Below, in pieces: positions 25,773 through 37,831 of a stretch of DNA of 64,000 bases. Numbering within the stretch: position 1 is the stretch's first letter; each line of letters begins with the position of its first letter. Origin of the DNA: Blasia pusilla (lineage: Eukaryota); NCBI GenBank assembly GCA_050084515.1, contig CM114271.1, positions 27,404,001 to 27,468,000 on the forward strand, written 5' to 3'. The notes below the pieces were generated by a model that saw only the letters and a program-made list of their open reading frames with translations, had not been told where the DNA came from and did not search any database. Made by a program: the position numbers and the translations under genes.

Positions 25773-26777
25773 TGTCGCGCCCCTATCCTCCTTGAACGTC
25801 AATCTTTAGTGTTGCGGAAGCGTACGTTCAGTAGGTCACGAACTCATCACTGATCTGCACCCAAACACGCACTCTCGTTAGTTGGGTCTGGGCCAACCAG
25901 CGGCGTTCCAACCCACCGAGTCCTCAACTCGGCGTCTCATCAAGCTCAACCTTCCTTAGTTTCTAGTTTCCAAAACATGGCAAGTCCTTCAAGACTTGGA
26001 ACAGACTTCCTGGTTAGTCCAAGGATCTGAAACGGCACTTGCGCGCCTAGCGATCCCAACTGTTCAACGGTCCTCGGGTGAGTTCCGAACCGAGACCCAA
26101 GTAATTGAGTCGCGGGGTGGAATCCAAGAGGGACGTCTAAAATCGCCTCAATGGACTTGGTGCAGGTTTTCCAACCCAACCCCCAAACTCGCGTTCCGTT
26201 CCATGCCCTTGAGCCGCCCCGCGGCGCCCAAAGTGGGGTTTGGGTTCCAAGCACTCTCGGAGACCTTCCCCCTTACTAGTACTTCTGGGGTTCTCCAATA
26301 ACCCCTCCCCTTTGGGAAAAGAGGGTCGGGCCCTTCATTGTGGCCCTCAACCCGACTCCACTTACAGTCGTTTTCGGGTTGTATCTCGGCCGTTGCTTAT
26401 GTGTTTGCAGCGATCTTTGGTGCGTTTGGACCGGCTCTCCATAAGCTTTCCAACACACCTTATTCGTTCCAAACGCATCTTGGCGCTCAAAGTTATGGCC
26501 ATAAATACAGTCGGAAACTCTAAAACGCTAGTGGCGTTCCAAATCCGGATCTTTCCTTTGGCAACTCACTTCCTAGACTCGACTTCTTTCAAGTCTCATT
26601 CCGCGTTTGGTCCAGGTTTCTCAGTCGCGACCATAACACCTGAAACGCGACTCCTCGCTCGCGTCTCGTCTCTTGTCTCCTCTTTGAGACAACTCCAACG
26701 CGCAAACCATCTTAGCGTGAGCCCGCTAATGTTCCGATGTTCCGCTTGGCACTTGTTTGGTCATGAGGGTTGCGACA
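25773..26777. mobile_element. Solo LTR (~1.0 kb) of an unrelated family nested in the 3' LTR of the Gypsy element
   Basis: Termini TGTCGCGCCC...GGGTTGCGACA; flanks GCTTG/ACTTG (5-bp TSD, one mismatch). The host LTR is continuous across it. Confidence 0.8.
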
Positions 26778-29700
26778 ACTTGAGAGCTCCTCTGTGTATG
26801 GATGCCATGCCTTAGCATGGGATCCTGTGTGGTTGTGTGTGTGTTCGATGACAACGATGTATGTTGTGTAGCGATGTGTATGCGCACAATAGAGGGAAGG
26901 GAATATATCTCCAAGAGAGGGAGCTTGAGAGCTCATTCTTTCTTTGTTGAACGTCTCGGATAGAGGTTCTCCGTTGTATGTGCTTGTGGAACTTCAGAAG
27001 ACTTCCTCCAAAGACATGAACCCTAAACATTTTATCTTCAAGATCCTACTATGATGATCGTTGGTGACAGATAGAGACTCGATTAGTGGCAAAAGAGGAT
27101 GATGTGGGGTCCAGATTGAAATGGACTTAAGTTATAATTTTATTTTCCACCATGACTTCAAGGAAGTCGGAAACCCACAAATGTTTTAATTCACCAAGAA
27201 TGTCAAATTTTCTTTAAAACACTCTATGCTATAAAAAAACCTGCCACCTTTCTCACCTTTCTATACCTGAAAGAAATGAAAATTTCAAGGCTTCAGTTGT
27301 GAACAATGAAAAAGAAACAAGAATGCACATTTCATTTCCAAAGGGTAGTGATTATAGATGGTGCGAAACTCCAAGAAAACTCCTAACTCCAAAGACTCAT
27401 AGTGAGGAAGAGTTTAGATCACACTCCTTAAGTACAGGTCTTGAATCGGCTCAAGGAATTTTCCTCCTCACCTTCAATCTCGGCTCCAATGCTCCTCGAT
27501 TGGAAAAATAAGTTGAAGGTGGATTGAGAATTTCCTTTGTCAATTGCAAGAAGTAATGCATGACACAAGCTTGAGGACGGAATCAAGAAAAGAAGGATGC
27601 ATGTACGCAATTTGCGGGTAAGGGGGAATGCAAGAATCGTGAGCACATACTTTCAATGCAAAGCATTATGTCTCTCACACGAAAGCCACTTCGTGTGTGG
27701 GAAGCTAAAGAATTTTCTGTGTGGGTGTGGGTTGCATTTCATAATGGAGTGTTATGCATCCCCCAACCTTGAACAAGGCCAATCCTCCTTCAAACCCTAA
27801 TCCCCACACAAGAAACTACCAAACGTCGATGATCATACTTGGACCCTCAAAGTTGGATGTTAGAGGTTGGAGCTTGCCATTAGCTATGGGGCACGGATCA
27901 ACTTGACAACACGCTACCATTGGCTACAATTTTAAGGGAAAAGGGAATAAAAAAGCCCAACCTCATGCCGACGATCAGTTTGGGGATACCATGGAGATAA
28001 TTGGGGATGAGTACATGTCATGATCCCATGATGACACAAACAACCCCACATTCACAAGGACATCCATTCCCATGCGAATGGTCTTCGAATGCGGATGTTC
28101 GGGGAGACAAAATCGAGAATTTCCGATTTATTTTGAAATTACCTATCAAAAACCTATTGGATCTATATAATTAATCCCGGTTAGGAAACCGGGATTACTG
28201 ATCGGAAAGTCCCAGCAACGTACCGGCTCCCCGAACCCTGCCAGGGATAGCCGGTCCGGAAGACCGGGATCGCCGGGGACGAAAAGAATCTTACAAATTT
28301 GCCGAGTTCATATTTGAGGCGTGAGAACGTGTCGGGGGCGGGGTAATGGGACGGCGGTTCCAAAGAACTGGGAACCCCGAGTAAAAGGTCCGGTTTCTCG
28401 GAATATCGTCCTCCTTTCCAGTGTGGATCGAAATTCGGATGGGGATCTGAATGTTCTAGAAGAGTCTGAAAGGCGGGACATCCATAGCTGGCCTTCACTG
28501 TGGCGAGACGACTGAGTCACGACTTAACAATTTTAGAGCGCCTCCCTGCGAAGTTCGATGATGAGTCCAGTGCAAGGAGCTGGATACGAAGCACGACTCT
28601 CTCCGCTGAGCCCACTGCACGACAGCAGCCCTGGTTCTTCTGCATTCTCATGCGTGTTTGGTTGTTTCCTTTTTGTTTTCTTCTTTTCTGGGGAGCGTTT
28701 TCCTTGCATCCGCTCTGATGCATCTGAACCCTCTGGAATCAAGGATCAACCGGGACGATCACCATCTTCTGAAGTTCTGGTCATACAGCCGAAACATCCT
28801 TCTGGTCACTGACTGGCTAGAGATTCTAGAAGGTTACAGACTTGCTCCGCAATTGCCTGCTCGTGCAGTGATTGCTGACAGAATGCGACAGACAGGCAGG
28901 TTCCGACTCCCGAGTCCCGAGCGAGCGGAGGTTTGCAACTTTGCAAGTTTGCACTGGGCTGGCCGCTGGTAACGAGGATCGAGTTGCCCGGATCCTGAAG
29001 AATCCTTATGTGTGTCTGCCATGCGATCCAAGCAAACCGACCAAAGTTGGCCGAACGTGACTCTGGCCACTACAAAGGGCTTAGATTTCTATGCACATGC
29101 GTTTTAGTATAATACTAGGGTACAGCACGGGAGCGAAGGGATTCATTCAAAATTCTTTCTTTGCTGCCCGAAATATGGAAGTTTCCACGTGGCACCAAAA
29201 GATAATTGCCACGCAGAGTTTTTATGATGCCCAATCTGCGGCTCAATCAGCTGAATGTGCCGCACGATCCACACAGTTTTATCATGTGGAACAGGTTCAA
29301 GAGATATCTCCGGAGGATGTCCATCGCAGGAATCACGGGCGTCGGGAGGATTCATCCGTATCAATCTATTCGGGTCCATGGAACTGAATTGACGAATAGA
29401 ATCTACCGTTGACAATCCCCAGGGTACTATATCGATCCCTCACCACATTCTTCGTTAATGGTCAAAAGGCTACCCCGCTCTGCCAGTGCCAGGGTGCCTC
29501 CACATTCTGCTGCAATCGCTTTACGTGTGGACCCTTGAATGATAAAAGCTGCTACTTATATTCTTGAGAATGTTCTTCTGCTTAGAAATTTGAGTGGGTA
29601 CCGAATGATAACTCGACACTCAGCATGGAAATTCTTTCGGGGCGTCACTTACCGAAATTTCGAAAGTCGTTCCTTCTCCATTATCGCAGTTCTCCTCCTT

Positions 29701-31997
29701 GCCTCTATATTCCTCGGAAGCCAGTTCGAAACTCTTTCGCTCGAGATCCCTCCTCCGCGCGATAGGCGGACTCTACAATACCTCACGATTAGATATTGTC
29801 TCTATCTTGCATCATCGAAATTTTACTGTTGTTTTTCCTACGGTCACGCCAGAGCGACCAGGCGGATTCATTTAGGAGTTCCCGAATCGCAGTACCTTGT
29901 TATTAACGATTCGGGAACTCCTAAATTAATCCCGCATCAGTTACCGGATGTGCTCCAACGCTTCTGTGATTAATTGAAGCAAGAGGAAAAAGCGCGAGAA
30001 TTCCGGACGCGGTAAACATGTTGCCGGTAAGAAGTTAAGGCCGCAGGGATTTTGGCGCCAAGAGTGGCAGAAGTCTCAAGAAAAGTTCAGAGAAGGGCGG
30101 TCCAGAGGGTTTGGACGCGGAATACCTACAGGGCCAAGCGGAAACGGATGCTCGACCTCGATGTTCGTAGTTGATCTTCCGCGGTGATCACTGTAACTGG
30201 GATTACTCTTGTCAATTTCAAAGTTCCAACGAAACGTGTGATCTACGAAAGTGAGTACGGGAGTATCAACACAGAATGTGCTCCACAGTTCCACCGCGAA
30301 GCACATCGATCATTGATGCGCCAGTCGATGTCTGCAAAAGCTTCCGCGACTACACTCCACATTGACCTTGGCTTTACCGTACGACGACATCCAACCAGTG
30401 GCGGAAAATGCTCTCCAGCGTTGTTCTCGGGCGATGGAGCGAACGCGAATCGGGATCACGTTCCGTAGCCGAGAATCTCCTTTGTCAGCTTCCAGTGAGT
30501 CATCCCTAATCATAGATTCATAGCCACTCGAGAATCTGCTTTGTCCTAAAGTTCCCGACGAGTGGACGTCTGCGGCCTTAGACAATCGCGGTCCGTAGCA
30601 ACCGCCCGCTCCATCCTTACCCTGGCAGACATCCGACAAAGACAGCGCCTTCTTGTCGTCGTTTCTCGCTTTACGAAAAGGAGTATATCTTGCAATCTTT
30701 TCGAGTCGACTCGCGACGGACCTTCTCACTGTAGTTCTTCCAACCGCTTCCGCTTCTGTTTTTCTTCCTTTTCTTCACTGTCTGAGGGAACAAAGGACAC
30801 CGTATGGCTAAGCTGCTACCAGCCTGCCACGTCATGTAATCCGTCATTTTCGATACTTTCTTACGCGAAACTTCAGGGGGGCTGGGAAAAAAAAAAGAAA
30901 TAAAGAAAAAGAAAAAGAATGCGAAAGCAGATTCTTTTCAAGTTTATCCTAATATTTGGCTTAGTTCTTTCATGTTGAACTCCATATTACTACAACACGC
31001 ACCAGTGAATTTTCTAACGAAATGAAAATCTGGAAGAAAATTTCTGGAGTCTTCTTCGATTGTAGAAGAAGAAGACTAAGACTCACGACGAGGCATATTT
31101 CCTTTTCAACGAAGCTTCAACACAATAGTCTTGGACATGTCCTCAAATTCTCGTATAAGTATGTTCCAATTAGGTTTGCGCCAGTCATCAATATGTTTGG
31201 ATTTTCTTTGCCAAATTTTGTCTCCGTCGTCGGTATTTCTCCCGCTCATATTTTCGTCGCTAGAACAGGTCTTCAATACTTTCCCCATCAGACTTTGCTT
31301 ATCCATAGTTTCTCCTCAGATTTCATCGAGATTTTTTTCCTCATCACTTGTGGGAATTTCATATCGCCTTTCTGTTTCCAGATTTCATTCTCCGAACTCG
31401 TCCGGTGTCTGCTTTTCCGAACCCGAAAATCATGTGAGTCTGTTTGTCCGATATCGTATGTGTCCAAACCTATGGCCACTTGGGCGCTTTCTTTTGGTAT
31501 TAAAGTCGGGGGAGATATGTTTAGGTCAAAGAAACAAAACACGATAAGATTTAGGACAATGAAAACTGGCAGAAAACAGGGGCAAGAATTTCATTCAGGC
31601 TTGGGAAAATGGAAAATTACAAGTTTCAGAATAGTTCTTTTTAATCTTTTCGGATGACAATGACTTCTAGCAGCTATTTTTTAAAAGGATTTGTAGTGGG
31701 AATTTTTTAAAGACAATTTCTGCTTAATTTTTTAATGACCGGAACTTTTATCGGGAGACGATCCGATGACTTTGTCCGACGATGAAAATCTTGGAAAAAC
31801 ATTCCGAGATCAGAATCTTTCCATTAGCAATGTGAGAACTCAAAAGCTACAAATTCTATAAACGGGCAACTTTTAAGATTTCCAAAATATTCTATTCCTA
31901 ATATTCCACTATTCCTTGTTTTTAGAATCAATTTCAACTACAATAATTTTATTAGGGAATTTTTGTTATTAAATTTTTGAGGTAGCGTTTGCAAATG

Positions 31998-32640
31998 TGT
32001 CGTGCGCATACACATCGCTACACAACATACATCGATGTCACCGAACACACACACAAACACACACGATCCCATGCTAACTCATGTCATCCAAACAACGAGA
32101 CAAGAAGTACCAAAATATCTCCAATAAAGTAAGATCCAATCTCTCTCTACACAATCTCACACCATAGCTCTCAAAGGTGTGCACTCTCTCTCATATCAAA
32201 CCAAACCCACTCTCCTAATGAGAGGCTTGGGTTACACTCACAAGGCAAGGGACCATAGCTCCGCCACCTCATGCCAAGAGGTTCAACAAAGAGAGAATGA
32301 GCTTTCAAGCTCTCTCTCCTTGGGATATATACCCCTCCCCTCTCCCAAGCTCTCTCCATGGTAACCTATTCTCCCAAGTCACCTCTTTGGCTCTTGACCT
32401 TATGTAGGAGGTCAAGGGCCACTTACCAAAAATAGAAAGTCAATCATATACTCAAAATAGTATTTACTTGAAATAGTAAGTTCTTCAATATGGCTCCAAA
32501 TGAGCCAAAACGAAGGGGAAACCTGCTCTCTCAGGTTTCTCGAGGCCTCAACACGTCATCCTCGACCTCCTAGGTCTGTCCTCCACTACTCTTGAAGACG
32601 CTCTACTAGATCTCACCAATCTATCCTAAAGGAGGTGACA
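31998..32640 (-). mobile_element. Complete solo LTR (643 bp) of family A with 4-bp TSD AATG
   Basis: Reverse complement of the LTR pieces at 15945 and 25311-25770. TG...CA termini, AATG at 31994-31997 and 32641-32644. Confidence 0.9.
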
Positions 32641-34100
32641 AATGTCTTACTACATTCGTATAATATAAGTTAATGGTTTCATACTTTAATTCATGTGTAC
32701 TATAGGGGGGAGAGGAGGCTTGGGGGTTGTTTAGTTTTTGTGGGAAGTGGATTCTATAAGAAGTGAAGCCCAAAAACTAACCCCTCTTTTCAAGAAAAGA
32801 GCAAAACTTCACTTATTTCTGAATGAGATTTTGGGATTTTTATGCTTTCATTGCATTAGGATTTTATTTTTCTAGAAGTTTTAACTAGATTTTGATAACA
32901 TAATCCTTCCACGTGCTAGAATTTTTTCTTTGTTGACATGGTACAAGTCCAAAGAGTAAAAGGCAACAATGTATTTGAAATTTTAAAACTAGTCCGAAGA
33001 GATTCAAATAATTTTTTTGAAATTTCCCAAAAAATTAGAGTTATTCCTTTTTTGCAAGTTTTAAGCTAGAATTCAAATAGAATTTCTTTAAAAAAAAGAA
33101 ATCAAAATGGTAATATGTGATATGGAGAGATTTTTTACCCTCCATGTGCTTCAAGATCGACAATTATGTAGAGTGGTGAATAAAAAGCAAGAGATTGAAT
33201 AATAACATGGCTTGTGAAGCTTATCAAAGTATTACATGATGAGGATAGAACTTTGAGGTAATTATCCTCAAAAAGAGTTAGGAAAACTCTTCTAAGAAAG
33301 AAAGGTTAGGAGGATTCAAGTTACAAGTAGCCCGCAATGCTCTAATGGCAACAATTTGAGAGGCATAGTGGAATGACTCCATGGAGAGATAATACTTGCT
33401 CTTTGTTTGGACTTTGAAAGTGATGCAAAGTAAAATAAATATTTTAAAAAAAACTCATTGAACTTGTATCTATGAGGCCACAAGATGTAGGTTACCTAAG
33501 CTCTCTTGTTTTAACTTCATAGATGTCCAAAGAAAATTGATATCCCTTACGAAATCAATGTTCTATTTAATTTTAACAACGTAGAGCGACTAGAGCTAGC
33601 ACATAGGAAAGAATATCTCCTTAGCACACATATCCAAACATGAAAAAGCTAGAAAGTTGGTCCATATGTAGAAAAAAAAGTGGATGCAAGTATAGGCAAT
33701 CCCATGGGAATTATTGGGCACAAAGCATGTAAGTGGATGACTAGTGGATGCTGGCGCGGGAGTGCAAATACAAGTGGGGACACTAGATCGACGTCCTTCT
33801 TTTTAACTCAAATTCTATTTTTAAGATTACATTATTTCAACTATGAATGAGGTCCTAGTTACCTATTATCTTTTAGCCCGACCGTTGGTATTATTGGAAG
33901 TTAGACTTTAACTACTATTTGAATCTTCCTCGTGTATTCTTTTATGGGTTCTACCATTCCTGTGTTTGCCATATGAAGGGAAGCAAATTCAAGAAATCAA
34001 TCAACACGCTCTTATGATCATATCAAAGTGGTCCTATGAAGGTTGATTGAATCAAGATCTTTTGATGAAAAACTTTCCCTCACAAATGACTCCCTCCAAG

Positions 34101-34420
34101 CAAGGTTGCACACGGACAAAGTCCATGTCGGCAAACTTATGTCCATCCCATGTACGGACATGTCCGTGCGGGCCCAAGCCCACCCAAGAAAAATTCGGTC
34201 CGCGGACCAAAAGTTTGGTCTAGTTTGCCCATCTGGAGCTCGCATCTGCCTGCTAGGAGCCCACACTTGCCTCGAGCTTGCGCCTGCCCGCCTCGAGCCC
34301 GCCTTGCGGACAACGAAACGGGTGCGGGCTCCGTGAGCCCGGGTCTAGGTTGCGGGCTGCGAGGCGAGCTCGGGGCGGGCTCGGGTGCGGACTAGGCATG
34401 TCCGTTTCCGTGCAACCTTG
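34101..34420. mobile_element. Non-autonomous hAT element/MITE (320 bp)
   Basis: Perfect 11-bp TIRs CAAGGTTGCAC/GTGCAACCTTG and a perfect 8-bp TSD CCTCCAAG (34093-34100, 34421-34428). GC-rich interior in AT-rich flanks. Confidence 0.92.
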
Positions 34421-37400
34421 CCTCCAAGTCTCCAACTTAAGATTCTATCCCTTGTAATTTGTTAATTGCCTATTTGTGTATGTACTATATCTTACTATTT
34501 TTCCATGCACCATATCTTTTAATGGGTTTGGATTTCAAATGGTAAGTCTCCCCATGGAGTAGCATTAAAATCCAAGATGGTCAAGGCACAAACCATGTAC
34601 GTTATTGAGTATGGTTAGAAACCATTAGACCAGAAGAAATCTTACCTCATTTTACCATTTTAGAAGGGGTGTGAAGGGAGGTGGATGCTTGATGACATAG
34701 GAGGAGACATAAAAAAAACTTACAAGAAGAGTAATGTTTGCCCTCATGGGGAGGATTTAGTCGTTGAATTAATATAATCATGACATTTTTTCCCATTCAT
34801 GTGATATGGAATTTCTAGACTTTATTCCTTTTAATCAAACAAAATACCTGAACCCACAAAAGACAAGAGTGGTATAGTTAAACATCCGCAAACCTCCCCA
34901 TCTCTCTATATCCCCATCTATATTATTATTAGAGACATGAGTCAACAACAAACGTCTCCCAATTCAAAAGCTATCCTCTCGGGTGGCCTCTTATTACTAC
35001 ACCTATCCCATGTAATTAGTTAGTCATGTCTAACTATGTTAGAGCAAAGGAGTGTACCCATGGTGCTTATCATGCCCGAGCATCCATTAGTTAACTAAGA
35101 ACAAGACAAGATATTGGACTACCAAACTCATTATTAGTTCACAATTCCCTTAAGAGCATGTCAACCACATACTCATCATGCAATGGCATCCTTGGATGGG
35201 GACAACAAATCATTTTCAAGTTTGGCATATTTGCAAAGTTGGGCAATGTCATATTCAATCATATGTTTCTCTTCACCATCACTACAATCCAATTGATTAT
35301 CTCTTCATCTAATTTGATTCTCATATCCATTGTCATTGAGTGGGAACAAGTTGCAAAGTCAACCACCATAGTATAGGCTGGTTCTCACATTTAGCAAATT
35401 GGATTCTTCATTAGGGATCCAAAATATTAGGAGTAGAATGGAGGATAATTTATTTTTTCCCGGGAGAAAAATTTGTATGATATTTCTTGTATCTCCTATC
35501 ATACACATACTAGATTTTCAAATGAAGTGGATGTGTAATTGAGAGAGGAGGGTGTCCGGGATGGAATCTTCATTTAGAACTACTAAACCAAAAGGTTCCG
35601 AATGAATTCAATCTCTACCTCCTAATCTATCTAGAATTCAAATATTGATTACACAATGGAGATCAAACCGATTCTTGTCATGGTGTTGAGATCTATTGTG
35701 GTTTCTCTTGTGATTTGTTCGTTAGCATAGACATCTAAACTAGTCTTTTCCTAATCATCCGCATCCTTTTCTTGTCTTAAATCCATCTAATATTTTCCAG
35801 GTACTATTTCTTGTCCTTCCATCGCAATCATTACATCCATGGCCTTGTCCTTAGCTTGAGATCCATGTGCTTGTTTGGGTTGCACAGTGCGCTAATTGAT
35901 TCCTTCCCTAAATTTATTATTATATTACACGGGAGAATAGAACAGCCAAAAAACCTTTTCCTTTTATTTCTTATCATGACCTTTTACTGTTTGTCATCCA
36001 AACTATGTACGTGATCACATAGGGTGATTAGTTTGTATTGGTTATTATCTTAATAAGGGATTAGTGATATCGGTGAGCTCTCCTGAAATATTCAAATTCA
36101 GGCGGGGTCGTATGGGAATCCTGAGATTTTCAAATTCAGGCGGGGTCGTATGGGGAGACTCGCCGCGTCCTCAAGAATTGCCAAGAACTTCGGTTCTCTT
36201 CTGACGTGATGTGCTACAGAAATCTTGTCCCTAACACCTCTCGTTACAAAATCTCATCGTAGTTTTGGACGTCGAAGCTCAGATTTCTTTGGTAGTCCGA
36301 ACCGGAGCTTAGGTAGGTTGTTCTTCGAGATGGCATGCGAGTGCATTGCACGAATGCCAATTTCCATTCGGAATTTTGATGTGCGTCTTTGAGACTTCTC
36401 TCCGAATTTAACACATTTCTTACGATTTGTATTTATTGTGAAGAAGCACTTAGAAAAATTCATCCGGGGAAACAATCTGAGATAAGAGGCTTTGCAAAGG
36501 CAAGTCATTGTTACATCATACTACGAGAGTGCACTAGCAAGCCATTTTGTTTTTCACACTATAAATGTCAGAAAAGGCAATCCTCCTAGTTTACCAGATT
36601 GCCAAATAAAAGAGGAGAAGAACGTAAGAGCTACGAAAAGGTATGAATCTTGACCAACTTATGAATTATCCAAAATGCCTGCTACAACCTGAACAAAGGG
36701 GTCCGTCAAGCAAGTTGGGACAATGAAATGATCTTCGGTCTCCGATCTCCGAAGAGGACATGAAAATGCAATCCTCTGGTAATTGTAAAAGTGATGACTC
36801 TTAGAATACTATCCAAAACTCAAACTCAACCTCTGGGTGACAGATCATCGAGAGCACGCTGCCCGATTAGTTTAAACTAAGGCACTGCTTAAATTGTAGA
36901 TCCAGTGAAACATCAAAAGATTCGTCTCGATCGTGGCGCAGAAATTATTTGCCTCTGGTAGAGTGCCTACTTGGTGTCCAAGGCGTTAAATTGTGGAAAG
37001 CCGCACTGAGTTGTAAATTAGGGAGCTGAGTCCTGGCTCGTTGATATGATGAGGTGATTCTAAGAAAGCTGCGAAGTACAGTCTTCAATTTTAGGAGCTA
37101 AACACAGCTCTTCGAATTTGGTCAGGAGTGAATTGCGGGGGAACTTTGAACTCAGAGCTGAGGTCCTCCTCTCAGACGCCTGCCGGTAAGAAGCTAGACA
37201 AAATGACTCGTGTAATGAGCTCCCGTGTGTCGGCCGAACCACAGGCATGCGAGGGTTTAGAGAGTTTTGACATTCGGCACTGCATGGTGACATTCTGCAT
37301 TTTGATATTGTTGTTTGTTTCCAACATAGTGATGGAAACGATGTCGAGATCATGAATCTTGATTTGAAGGAAGAGCAGAGGTCAATCTGTTCAAATGTCT

Positions 37401-37831
37401 AATGATTGGTTCATCCGGTGATATTCGACTAATCGTCATCGTAATAGAAATCTGCACGGCGCCCGAGCGCGTGACGACTGGGAAAAAAAAACGATACCCG
37501 GAGTGACGAAGGACAGACGCTATGGCCACGTACCTTCAACTTCCTAAACTAAACATTTTGACTCGACATAGAGAGAATCTGCAACGCTAAAATCGCTCCC
37601 CTTTCCACCAAAGACAATCATTCTGTCAGAGGCGCTGTTGCAAATCAAACTTTCTACTCCCATCCAATTCTGGAAACGAGTCTATATTCTTCCTGTGGTG
37701 TACCTGGAGAAGGTCATAGGGCGTGGAGCCAGCTCTCGAAAGTAGTAATTAACCATTCCTAAAGAGAGGCCAAATAATAACTGGATTGGTACAATTTCAG
37801 TTATCATGATACTATTTCTCTAATCTTCATC

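Larger units (their letters stand above)
15945..26891 (+). mobile_element. Decayed Ty3/Gypsy LTR retrotransposon carrying DNMT and PHD domains; 4-bp TSD GAGG
   Basis: Starts TGTCACG and ends GCGCACAATA (decayed GCGCACGACA), with GAGG on both flanks (15941-15944, 26892-26895). Domain order gag-PR-DNMT-RT-RH-INT. PPT-like AACTAGGGGGGCG at ~25298-25310. Confidence 0.88.

Noticed and set aside
15945-26891. DIRS/PAT/Ngaro tyrosine-recombinase element, suggested by the split repeats and methyltransferase
   Set aside because: It has an aspartic protease, an HHCC/DDE integrase and a TSD; no tyrosine recombinase motifs were seen.
28100-31700. Possible gene or pseudogene (ORFs 30310-30729, 31022-31657)
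   Set aside because: No recognisable domain or consistent spliced frame could be built by eye; left unannotated.
32700-36050. Very old retroelement debris around the MITE
   Set aside because: AT-rich and TE-like, but no motif was clear enough to support a call.
36085-36155. 26-bp direct repeat TTCAAATTCAGGCGGGGTCGTATGGG x2
   Set aside because: Simple local duplication with no supporting context.
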